In this document: positions 10,028 through 18,579 of the stretch, piece after piece | Numbering within the stretch: the first letter of the stretch is position 1 | How the letters are laid out: each line of letters starts with the position of its first letter | Assembly (NCBI GenBank): GCA_050010515.1 | Contig: JBEKKX010000005.1 | Coordinates: forward strand, 1 to 64,000 | From: Candidatus Bathyarchaeia archaeon | Lineage (GTDB): Archaea > Thermoproteota > Bathyarchaeia > Bathyarchaeales > Bathycorpusculaceae | Reading direction: 5' to 3' | DNA length: 64,000 bases | Made by a program: the position numbers and the translations under genes | The notes under the pieces: generated by a model | What the model saw: only the letters and a program-made list of their open reading frames with translations | The model's database searches: none | Told to the model about the DNA's origin: nothing

Positions 10028-10381
10028 TTAACATGTCACGTGGATTAATGCGACCATTTTTCTATGCTCTTGGTTTATTTTTTCGGTTATTTCTTGTGTT
10101 GGCAGAATAACGGTTTCATATTTTTTCAGGATCAAAATAGCTTCCGGTGTAATGGGAAGCGCTGCTTGATGACCGGTTCCGATGTAGACGACATCGGGCT
10201 TTTCTTCCGAAAGAAAATCTAGTTCACGTTCTGAAAGAGGAGTATGACCATAGAGGGGCTTCAAATCCTTGGATTTTTTCTTCTTCCTCGTCGTAACTGT
10301 CCCATCAGCATGAAGGATAATGTCCTTTTCATATTTGACCCCATGCACTTCCACCCAGCCAAACTCGGATTTCACTGTCAC
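10028..10381 (-). CDS. Mth938-like domain protein
   Basis: FGWVEV.G..YEKDI, YGHTPL, IGTG, C-terminal LIHVTC. Confidence 0.8.
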   Translation of the reverse strand: MTVKSEFGWVEVHGVKYEKDIILHADGTVTTRKKKKSKDLKPLYGHTPLSERELDFLSEEKPDVVYIGTGHQAALPITPEAILILKKYETVILPTQEITEKINQEHRKMVALIHVTC

Positions 10382-10700
10382 AAACCCATGTTCCTATAGA
10401 TTGCGCCATATTTTTGGTTATCGTCAGAACAAATCTTGGCGCGCATATTGTCCTTTGTCTAAAAAATGGCTCAGACTGGACTTCCCTCCAGTAACACAAT
10501 AAGGGTTTTTCGTAAACTCCCTAGCATAAGCGGTATAACCCTAATCTGACGCCGCCTCCATTGTAAGGAGCAGAAAGTGATGAGACATGGACGCTAAATC
10601 GTCTGCACAAAACAACATGGTATTGTCCGCGGTTGGCTAGAGGCGCACAATCGCCGATATGAAAGCGCTCGACTATTTTGATGAAAGCATAGAAGTTGTG

Positions 10701-10747
10701 GAACCCACGCGGTCTTTCGACCACAGACTTAGCAAAAGAAATGGCGC
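10701..10747 (-). repeat. tRNA-Ser fragment (anticodon loop to T-arm) plus a separate GCGCCA end
   Basis: 10701-10734 matches the tRNA-Ser gene with one mismatch; tggcgc at 10742-10747 abuts the stop of the 10747-11226 gene. Confidence 0.85.
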
Positions 10748-11226
10748 TAAAAAGGCTCAGTTAAGCGCCTCTTCAATATTTTCACTCGTTCGCTGGATTG
10801 CTTTAAATCATTAAGCAACTCTTCAAAACGTCTAATCTTGAAATTTATTATTTCATGAAGTTCGTTTCCAGTCGTTGGCAAGTTGTAGTTTGTGAGGCTT
10901 ACGTTTGCTTTTCTTGCCGATTCTATCATCCACTCCTCAAGTCTAGGGTAGAGAACTATAAGCCGGTTATGCCCTTGGTTATGGTGCAAGATTTCAATTC
11001 CGTCGCTATCCGAGTAGCTAAGTACTTGAAAACGTTGTAAGTAAAAAGTAGGTTGAATGCTTGAAGGGTCTTTGTCAATAAGCCCCACAGAATCTTTTTG
11101 TTTTAGTAATTTCCGCAGTAGTTCATATTTGCCTTGATGATGCATAATCCTTCTTTGTGGCACTGAAGTTAGCGAGCTAACCAACGCAACATCTGGATCA
11201 CACTCAACCCTATACATGCTCTTCAA
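10747..11226 (-). CDS. TOPRIM-like partner (DUF4435/DUF4276/DUF3226 type) of the AAA ATPase
   Basis: VECDPD, GLIDKDP (DxD), PRLEEW; 4-bp overlap with the ATPase gene. Confidence 0.6.
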   Translation of the reverse strand: MKSMYRVECDPDVALVSSLTSVPQRRIMHHQGKYELLRKLLKQKDSVGLIDKDPSSIQPTFYLQRFQVLSYSDSDGIEILHHNQGHNRLIVLYPRLEEWMIESARKANVSLTNYNLPTTGNELHEIINFKIRRFEELLNDLKQSSERVKILKRRLTEPF

Positions 11227-12251
11227 TCCCGATGAACGGCGTCCGATACGGCTTCATCTTGGTTGGCCAGTTTTTCGAGATTCAAGAACACGTCTGATCC
11301 CATTTCAAGTATTTCATTCTTCTTTTCGTCGCTCAACGGAACCAGTTTCGTTTGGTAATCCTTCAATTCGGTGACGAAGATGGCTATGTCATCTTTGTTG
11401 GCCTTTTCTAAAATTGAGGTAAGGAGGTACGGGTTGTGTGTGGCTATGAAATATTGATTGTTTTGTTCGCTGAGGGCTATTCGTTCGGCGAGGTATTTTG
11501 TGTAGTAGGGGAAAGCATGGGCTTCAGGTTCTTCGAATGTAATCACTGAGTCTCGGTTAGATTGGATTGCAGTCATGTAAAAGACCAGCCTCTGAAGGGT
11601 TTCTGAAGAAATTGAATATGGAAAAGAAACTAATACTTCCTCAAATTCTTTAACTACGTCAATCCTGCCCTCTTCGGGTCTCAGGTTTATTCTATACCCA
11701 AACTTTTCAAAAATATCCTTAACTATCTGCTTACTATGCTTATTCGTCAGTATTATTGACAACAAATTATTTCCACAAGGTGGCTGAAGAAATTCTGATC
11801 GTGGGTTTGCGAATTGCTTTAAGTGTTGAAATCTGTAAAATTTGAAATATTTCAACCTTTTTTCTTCAACAAATGACATCACTTGAGTATAATTAGCAGA
11901 GAAAACTTCCCTCCGGCTGGCACTGGCAGGATCAGCTTGAAAATAAGTTCCAAAGAATCCGCCATCCCTAAATTCAATCATGAGATTTCCAAAACCAAAG
12001 TCGACAGTTATTGGCTGATCCAACGAATGATCATAGAAAAAATCTCTCATATTTTCAAAGCGCACAAAATCAGCGAGATTATTATGATTTCCATGTCCCA
12101 TGAAGGAAGCTAAGCCAATTGCTTCAAGCAAATTTGATTTCCCACTATTAGGCTGTCCGATAAACAAGTTAATTTTTCTGCACTCAACGTTAACTTCCCT
12201 TATGGATTTGAAATTCTTAATGCTGAGCTTACGAATTTGCATTTTAACCAC
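11223..12251 (-). CDS. AAA_15/AAA_21 ABC-type ATPase (PARIS/AbiE-like defence module)
   Basis: IKNFKSI, GQPNSGKSNLLEA, EEPEAH, ATHNPY. Confidence 0.8.
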   Translation of the reverse strand: MVKMQIRKLSIKNFKSIREVNVECRKINLFIGQPNSGKSNLLEAIGLASFMGHGNHNNLADFVRFENMRDFFYDHSLDQPITVDFGFGNLMIEFRDGGFFGTYFQADPASASRREVFSANYTQVMSFVEEKRLKYFKFYRFQHLKQFANPRSEFLQPPCGNNLLSIILTNKHSKQIVKDIFEKFGYRINLRPEEGRIDVVKEFEEVLVSFPYSISSETLQRLVFYMTAIQSNRDSVITFEEPEAHAFPYYTKYLAERIALSEQNNQYFIATHNPYLLTSILEKANKDDIAIFVTELKDYQTKLVPLSDEKKNEILEMGSDVFLNLEKLANQDEAVSDAVHRD

Positions 12252-12338
12252 AGTCCACTAATAGGACAGTTGTTTTTATTTGTTCTTCGGTGCAATAGAG
12301 CAAATTAAAATCCTGAACACGGCAATAACATGTTAAAA

Positions 12339-12601
12339 TGGCGTGGGTTGTGGGATTTGAACCCACGCGGTCCTTGTTTTAAGCGGATAGATGCCCGCAC
12401 TTTTGACGTAGTTTTAATCTCAATAGTGTACCCCCTCTTCCCGCCTTTGGGGAGCTTGGGCGCGCACAAGCCTCGGGGGTAGCCAAAAGCTAAATATTAA
12501 ATTTTATTAATCAACGGCAAGGGGCAAGGTGCATCCAGTGTTGAAAACTCAGTGGCCTTTTCGAGCACAGACTTTGCAGGTCTGCCCCCTACTAGGCTAG
12601 G
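12339..12601 (-). pseudogene. Degenerate tRNA-Ser copy split by a ~180-bp structured insertion
   Basis: 3' part with CCA at 12339-12370; D-arm/anticodon/variable-arm part at 12554-12601; no 5' acceptor strand. Confidence 0.75.
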
Positions 12602-12655
12602 CTAAATGTTACCATTACAATATTGGATTAAAATGAAATATTTATATGGTTTGTA

Positions 12656-13522
12656 ATGGTAATAAGTTTTATGCGAACGATCAAAAGAAGAAAAGGCAAA
12701 GCAGAGTATTTCTATCTGCAGCATTCCTTCCGAAAAGACGGAAAAGTCGTTACAAAAGAACTCTATCTTGGAAAAAAAATCCCCGACAACATTGAAGAAA
12801 TAAAAGCTAAACTCATGCATGAATCCCATAAGGCATTGGTCGAAAAACTAGAAAAGATAAGAAGCAATTTTCAGAAAGAATGGAAAAAAGTTCCCCAGTC
12901 AGCCAAAGAAAAAGACCTGCAGGAGATAGCCATAGCCTTTACCTATAACACCAACGCCATTGAAGGATCCGCCATAACGCTTGAGGAAACCAGGTTAATA
13001 CTAGAAGACAAAGTAGCTCCAAACAAGCCAATCCGAGACATACGGGAAACTGAATCTCACGCAGCCACATTCCTGCAAATGCTGCGAACAAAAGAAAAAA
13101 TTTCAGACAAGCTCCTGTTGAAATGGCATGAAGAAATCTTCAGAGAAACAAAACCTGACATCGCAGGAACCTTTAGAAATTATCCGGTCAGAGTTGGTTC
13201 TTACTTAGCGCCAGATTGGCAGAACGTCGAAAATCTAATGAAACAACTTATAGCATTCATAAACGAATCAAACCTTAATTCCGTTGAACTTGCGGCTAGA
13301 GCTCACTATATGTTCGAGAAAATTCATCCCTTCGGCGACGGCAACGGCAGAATTGGCAGATTCTTAATGAATTACATCTTATGGGAAAGAGGTTATCCTA
13401 TGCTCATAATAGAATACAAGAAAAGAAAATCCTACTACAAAGCCCTGCAGCGACCCGAAGAAGGCTTCGTAAACTACCTTATCAGAAGATACTTGTCGGT
13501 GCATAAACAGCACTTCCTATAA
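12656..13522 (+). CDS. Fic family protein
   Basis: HPFGDGNGRIGR motif; TYNTNAIEG. Confidence 0.92.
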   Translation: MVISFMRTIKRRKGKAEYFYLQHSFRKDGKVVTKELYLGKKIPDNIEEIKAKLMHESHKALVEKLEKIRSNFQKEWKKVPQSAKEKDLQEIAIAFTYNTNAIEGSAITLEETRLILEDKVAPNKPIRDIRETESHAATFLQMLRTKEKISDKLLLKWHEEIFRETKPDIAGTFRNYPVRVGSYLAPDWQNVENLMKQLIAFINESNLNSVELAARAHYMFEKIHPFGDGNGRIGRFLMNYILWERGYPMLIIEYKKRKSYYKALQRPEEGFVNYLIRRYLSVHKQHFL

Positions 13523-13540
13523 AAAAATGCTAATTATTAT

Positions 13541-13597
13541 TGGCGCGGGATGTGGGATTTGAACCCACGCGGCCTTTCGACCACAGACTTAGCAGGC
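13541..13597 (-). repeat. tRNA-Ser 3' half with CCA (att-like copy)
   Basis: 13543-13597 is identical to 16225-16279 and is followed by encoded CA. Confidence 0.93.
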
Positions 13598-14002
13598 TTA
13601 CGGTAGTCCCAGAAAAGCTGCTTCCCTAAAGTGGCTGTCAAAAGTGAATGCTTCAGAAATCGAAAGTTCACGCATCAAAACAAAGCTCGTGCAGTCCGTA
13701 AAACTCCAAGATTTATGGTTTGATTTCTGAAAAATGTTGAGAGCTTTTTCGAAAAGATTTTCATCTATCCATAAAATATGTACACTACTGCTTTTTTTGA
13801 TTTTATCCATGAACGTTGTTGCAGACGTTAAATCTCTTCTTGACCGCAGAAGAGTAAGAGTTTCATCTAGCACATAATCGGTGGTTATGGAGATTCCGTA
13901 CTTTCCACTGGCAATCAGAGAAAGGAATTTACAGGCTTTTTCGTGGTTTACATCATCTTCTACTTCTACGGCATACCAAGCGCTGGTATCAACGAAGATC
14001 AA
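13598..14002 (-). CDS. vapC: PIN-domain (VapC) toxin
   Basis: IFVDTSAW, VLDETLT, SFTDCTS, FTFDSHF. Confidence 0.92.
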   Translation of the reverse strand: MIFVDTSAWYAVEVEDDVNHEKACKFLSLIASGKYGISITTDYVLDETLTLLRSRRDLTSATTFMDKIKKSSSVHILWIDENLFEKALNIFQKSNHKSWSFTDCTSFVLMRELSISEAFTFDSHFREAAFLGLP

Positions 14003-14235
14003 GTGTTTTCCCCGTAAAGGAACTTATCGTGTTCCTCTGAACCTGCGTCTTTTTTTCCTGTTTTCTTGGAACTGGGACCACATGTAAAGATGGGATCGTT
14101 TGGGTTAACGTTGCCTTGCACGGTAGCTCTAATTGCTTGGCGAAGAACCGCTTTAATGCTCATTGAATTCTTTTTAGCATATTCTTCCAACAGCTTATGT
14201 TCAGCTTCGCTTAATGTTGTCTGTACAACTTTCAT
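13999..14235 (-). CDS. RHH/CopG antitoxin (VapB)
   Basis: KVVQTTLSE...; C-terminal SEEHDKFLYG typical of VapB; overlaps vapC. Confidence 0.8.
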   Translation of the reverse strand: MKVVQTTLSEAEHKLLEEYAKKNSMSIKAVLRQAIRATVQGNVNPNDPIFTCGPSSKKTGKKDAGSEEHDKFLYGENT

Positions 14236-14300
14236 CTTACATCATGCATGTAACATGCTAAATGAAAGATTTAAGATTTTCTTTAAAGAGGTTACAAATA

Positions 14301-14329
14301 TGGCGCGGGATGTTAGGTTTACATTCACG
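14301..14329 (-). repeat. Degenerate tRNA-Ser T-arm/acceptor/CCA copy
   Basis: cgtgaatgtaaacctaacatcccgcgcca versus tRNA cgtgggttcaaatcccacatcccgcgc. Confidence 0.7.
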
Positions 14330-14390
14330 TTTAAATTTCACACGAAAAAGTTGGAAATATTAGGAAGCAATGGTGTTCGCCTGATATTTT

Positions 14391-15116
14391 TTATGGAAGC
14401 ATTTTTTCCCTTCTAATTAGCCTGCTTGACAAAATCAACAACACAATTGACAGCCCACCAGCAACCACAGCAATAGACAAGTCAACTAGGAAGGCGATAA
14501 AAAATGGTAAAAACGAAATATAAAACGTGGGAATGATAACCACGGCGCCGATCGTCAAAGCAAGAGGACTATTGGCGCCCACTCTCTGCTTTTGTAATGA
14601 ACTGAAAGCCATCATAGAAACTGTAGCTAAAGAAACGGCAGAGAAACCAAGCGCGGCGGTGAGAGCTAACAGCACTAGAGCAAAAAGTGTTGTCCCTGCA
14701 ATAACGCTTGAGACGACATTGGCGGCGAATTCGGCAATAAAAAGAGTTAGTGCAAGGAATAACGCGGTTTTTAAGTAGCTTTTAAAGATGTCGCTTTGAT
14801 TCCAGCCGAGTGAAAGTAGATATTCCAAAACTCCGTTGTTTTTGTCATAGACGTAAAGCAGAATAATAGATGTGGTGAATATAAGAATTCCAAGAGCCAT
14901 AAACGGAACAGCAATAAGAAAAAGTGCTTCAGGCGCACCTTTAGCAAGAAAGGTAATGGCGTCTGCTATGAAGGTTCCAAAGGAAGCAAAGAAAATCCCC
15001 ATTCCAGAATATATTTTGCTCAAATTGAGGCTTCGTTTAGCGAAAATCAATGTATTATTTGGCAACTTGCTGTGGCTCCTTTTGTGTTTTTTCCACTTTT
15101 TCATTTGGTGACTCAA
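14391..15116 (-). CDS. ABC-2 type exporter permease
   Basis: About 6 TM segments, DKNNGVLEYLLS motif; true start uncertain. Confidence 0.75.
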   Translation of the reverse strand: MSHQMKKWKKHKRSHSKLPNNTLIFAKRSLNLSKIYSGMGIFFASFGTFIADAITFLAKGAPEALFLIAVPFMALGILIFTTSIILLYVYDKNNGVLEYLLSLGWNQSDIFKSYLKTALFLALTLFIAEFAANVVSSVIAGTTLFALVLLALTAALGFSAVSLATVSMMAFSSLQKQRVGANSPLALTIGAVVIIPTFYISFLPFFIAFLVDLSIAVVAGGLSIVLLILSSRLIRREKMLP

Positions 15117-15948
15117 AAAGCTCTTGCAACGGATTATCTAGCTGACGCATTTCAGTTACCAAAACACCACTTTCAACTAACTTTTTCAACGCGAGCCCTG
15201 CTTCCTCGGGGCTAGATACGTTCAAAACAAAATAGTCACCCTCTTGATGGGCATCTACAATTCTTGATATGTCTGTTGAGGCTTTAATGCCTACTCGGTA
15301 CTGTTTGGGTTTAATGTTTGAGATTTTATCAAACAATGTAACTGAACCATTTTTGATTAAAATCAGGTAAGTTCCAATGTCAGTTGCTTCGTAGAGGTTA
15401 TGGGAAGAGTAAAGAATCATTTTGTCTTTACTTAATTTTAAGATGATATCTCGAATTTCTTTTGAGATTGCTGGGTCTAAATTCGCGGTGGGTTCGTCCA
15501 GTAAGTACAACTCGCTTTCGTGAAGAAACACCTTTGCGATTGCAGCTCTCTTTTTTTGTCCCTGTGAGAGGTCAGAAAATCTCTTATTTTTCAGTTGGCC
15601 AAGGTCCAGCAGATCAATCACGTCGTCTGGGTCTCCGCCTTCTATGTCAGAGTAAAACTTTAGTGCGTTATACACGGTCATTTCTTCGGGCATTGCGTTG
15701 TACTGCGAGAGATAGCTCATTCTTGTTCTCGTCTTGCTTGATGTGGTTGTGTTTTGGTCGTCGAGAAGGATTTTACCGCTGTATGGCTCTAGTATGCCGG
15801 CGATTGTTCTAAACAAAGTTGTTTTGCCCGCGCCGTTTGGCCCTAAAACAACGTATATTGAGGGCTCTTGCAGTTTAAAGGTGATATTATGCAAGACGGC
15901 TTGCTTGTTGTAGCCGGAAGTTACATTGTTCAATTCCAAAGCATGCAC
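15055..15948 (-). CDS. ABC transporter ATP-binding protein
   Basis: GPNGAGKTT, LSQGQ, LLDEPT, SSH. Confidence 0.92.
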   Translation of the reverse strand: MHALELNNVTSGYNKQAVLHNITFKLQEPSIYVVLGPNGAGKTTLFRTIAGILEPYSGKILLDDQNTTTSSKTRTRMSYLSQYNAMPEEMTVYNALKFYSDIEGGDPDDVIDLLDLGQLKNKRFSDLSQGQKKRAAIAKVFLHESELYLLDEPTANLDPAISKEIRDIILKLSKDKMILYSSHNLYEATDIGTYLILIKNGSVTLFDKISNIKPKQYRVGIKASTDISRIVDAHQEGDYFVLNVSSPEEAGLALKKLVESGVLVTEMRQLDNPLQELFESPNEKVEKTQKEPQQVAK

Positions 15949-16225
15949 AGTAATTTACCGCTATTGTCTTTATATTCTAAATACTGAGAAGCATGAAACT
16001 AATTAGTGTTGTTCAACGTCAAACATTGATATAACGGCAACATTTGCGGTTGAAAAAGTCTCGCCTTATGAACAAATGATTTCAATGTTCTGTGGCATGT
16101 GCAAACTAAGCGCTAAGCCTTTTTATGCGATAAAGTTAGAGACATTTGTTAATTTTTTAGCGTTTATTGCACCCTATTTTTATAAATAAGCAACAAACAA
16201 GCTCCATTTGGCAAAAGGAGTAAAG

Positions 16226-16309
16226 CGCGGGATGTGGGATTTGAACCCACGCGGCCTTTCGACCACAGACTTAGCAGGCCTGCCCCCTACCAGGCTAGGG
16301 CAATCCCGC
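16226..16309 (-). tRNA. tRNA-Ser(GCT), CCA not encoded
   Basis: GCGGGAT/ATCCCGC acceptor stem, CAGGC-CTGCTAA-GTCTG anticodon arm, long variable arm, GTGGG-TTCAAAT-CCCAC T-arm, G discriminator. Confidence 0.95.
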
Positions 16310-16665
16310 ACAGGCAACAATTATAATTTTGGAACTGCCAAAGTCTATGTTATATTGTAGAGTGTGGCGCTCGGATATTTTTGCTTTCTGTATCCTGAAA
16401 ACTGCAAATCACACCATTTAAAGCATTAACAGGATGACGCTCTCTGATGCTGGGCTCGCTCACCCTGGGGGAGGGGTATACTTTTTAACTGTTAAAACAC
16501 TAAACAAAAAGAGCTGCCCTTCTTTTCAGGAGCCTTTTCTTCAACAGAAACAGTATCAATCAACCTATAACAAAGTCTCTTTTTTACTGTGATTTTGAAG
16601 TTTAAGTGTCAATAACGCTTTTTATTAGCGCCGAACAATCAATCTGCATTAAAGGAGGAAGAGAA

Positions 16666-18579
16666 GTGACTGCGCCTACGCTTAGCGACACAATGAAACA
16701 TACATGCGACAATCTTAGGCAGGGCGCAACCAAACAAGTCACCGATTACGAGCAGCGATTCTCAATCCTGAAAGACGCTTATGATGGTTTGCTTGTGAAC
16801 CTGATCAAGTCAGGCTTCAACCCGAAGGAGGCTTTGGAAACGGCTAAAGAGTTCTTCGGTTCTGACAAGGTTCGTTTTGCGGGTATTGACGGCACAATGT
16901 ATTCGAGGCCGCTGTTTGATATGGTTATTTTTTTCGGCGGCGCTTACGCAGCCACGGGCACCATAAAATTCATAGAAACAGCGGAGCCTCAAGTCGAATA
17001 TGACGCTAAAACTATTCAGCAGAACATAGGCATATCCAGCGTTGTTCCAATCTACGTAAACGAAATCACAGATGTTGACCACTCGTTTGCAGCTCAAGAC
17101 CAGCCAGGCGAGGTTGACCCGTCAAAGCCAGCTATAGATGAAGAAATAGCCAACAACTCGCTAATAGCTAACGCGATTATGACTTTTTCAGAGTACTATT
17201 TAGCCTACAAGCTTGCTGTTGACCCAGAACAGAACATTAGGATACTTTTAATGGATAGAAGCTTATCCACGGAACGCGCAAGCCTCCTGTACGAAACTAG
17301 GAAAACGGATTTTTGGGATGCGAAAAGCACGCTCGTCGGCTATGTTAGCGATGGAAGGCAGTTTGATAGGAACGATTTAGCCATAGCACGCCATCACGTT
17401 TGGAATAAGGCTTTGGGTTTGCCTGCTCCACGGGCAGATTACCTGCGTCACGCTATAACTTGCCTAGCTAAAGAAAACAAAACTTTAACCCAAATGCAAA
17501 TCTGCGAAGCCTTAGGGATAACGGATGATAAACGTAAAAGAAGGGTCGAAAAAGCCTTATCAAGCTTAGTTAAAAAACGCATCCTAACAGAAGTCGAGGG
17601 CATCTACACTTTAAACCAGCAGTACATTGATAATTGGGAACGCACAAAAACTTTAACCATCGAAGTTGGCGACCAACTCTTTTCAACAAAAACCCCCACA
17701 CCAGAAACACCCAGCAGCATGAAAATAATCAAAAACGGCAAAGAGCACTGGCTAACCACCCTGGATATTGCCTTTTTGACGCTTTTCACTTTGCAAATGC
17801 TCATGGAGGAGTGTTGGAGAAAATGCATCCTTCTCGTAGGCATCACTAAGGACACCTCCGCCAGGGATTTCAAGCGCCAACTTGTTCCAATAATGCAAAA
17901 CGAAGGCTTACTGAAAGCATCAGTGGAAAATGAGGCGTTGGCTGCGCTTCCAAACACTGACCGCATGATTCTTCAATCAGCAAGCGTTTTTAACCCAGAG
18001 AAACTGGTGCCGCCTTGGAGCCTGATAGAGTATGATTCAGCTTTTAGAACCATGAAGCCTGATGTGAACAGAGGGCAAGGCTATGTTTCGGGTCTTATTA
18101 AGAATAAGATTGGTTTAGAGAAGGCTTTTTTGAAGACTTATGTGCAGCTTAGCCAAGCAAAATCTGACCTGCTACTGAGGAGTAACGTGTTATTGATTGA
18201 CCGTTTAGCTTACGCTGAGTTTGACCTAAAGCCTGAGTGCTGTTTGGCTTTGTGCAATGAGATGAGTGATGGCGCAAGGGAACCAATAGAAGTTCTGTTA
18301 TACAAGGACAAGTCTGTACCCAACAAGATGCAGAATATGGTTATGAGCATGCTTGTATCCATGGCGCCGTCGAATATCCCAGAGGCTTTTGGTCACAACA
18401 AAGCGTTGTTTGCGGCTGACAAAATTGCCAAGTGGAATTACAGCCAATTCAAATGCGTTGCAGACTCCACAGCTAACTGGATTTTGAATAACCATAAATT
18501 GCGAAAGTTCATATTTTACATGAGCACTTTCCGTGAGAGGCGAGCAAGTATTGAACAAGCAAGAAGAGAAAACCGTTAA
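16666..18579 (+). CDS. nurA: NurA-family nuclease with internal winged-helix insertion
   Basis: FAGIDGT, LLMDRSL, VGITKD, GHNKALFAAD; GTG start after GGAGG; overlaps herA. Confidence 0.78.
   Translation: MTAPTLSDTMKHTCDNLRQGATKQVTDYEQRFSILKDAYDGLLVNLIKSGFNPKEALETAKEFFGSDKVRFAGIDGTMYSRPLFDMVIFFGGAYAATGTIKFIETAEPQVEYDAKTIQQNIGISSVVPIYVNEITDVDHSFAAQDQPGEVDPSKPAIDEEIANNSLIANAIMTFSEYYLAYKLAVDPEQNIRILLMDRSLSTERASLLYETRKTDFWDAKSTLVGYVSDGRQFDRNDLAIARHHVWNKALGLPAPRADYLRHAITCLAKENKTLTQMQICEALGITDDKRKRRVEKALSSLVKKRILTEVEGIYTLNQQYIDNWERTKTLTIEVGDQLFSTKTPTPETPSSMKIIKNGKEHWLTTLDIAFLTLFTLQMLMEECWRKCILLVGITKDTSARDFKRQLVPIMQNEGLLKASVENEALAALPNTDRMILQSASVFNPEKLVPPWSLIEYDSAFRTMKPDVNRGQGYVSGLIKNKIGLEKAFLKTYVQLSQAKSDLLLRSNVLLIDRLAYAEFDLKPECCLALCNEMSDGAREPIEVLLYKDKSVPNKMQNMVMSMLVSMAPSNIPEAFGHNKALFAADKIAKWNYSQFKCVADSTANWILNNHKLRKFIFYMSTFRERRASIEQARRENR

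Noticed and set aside
10587-10700. In-frame TAG as pyrrolysine readthrough
   Set aside because: The ORF is short and truncated by a tRNA fragment, and no pyl genes are in the window. Likely a pseudogene.
12554-12601. Functional Ser-body tRNA with a Cys (GCA) anticodon (recoding tRNA)
   Set aside because: The loop does read CTGCAAA, but the 5' acceptor strand is missing and the D-loop GG is mutated. Most likely decay.
13541-13597. Trans-spliced split tRNA half
   Set aside because: An intact gene exists, and no complementary leader or bulge-helix-bulge partner is evident.
16466-16481. G-string as an ORB replication-origin box (also 12427-12442, 27967-27975)
   Set aside because: No TTCCAGTGGAA-like core and no cdc6/orc1 gene in the window.
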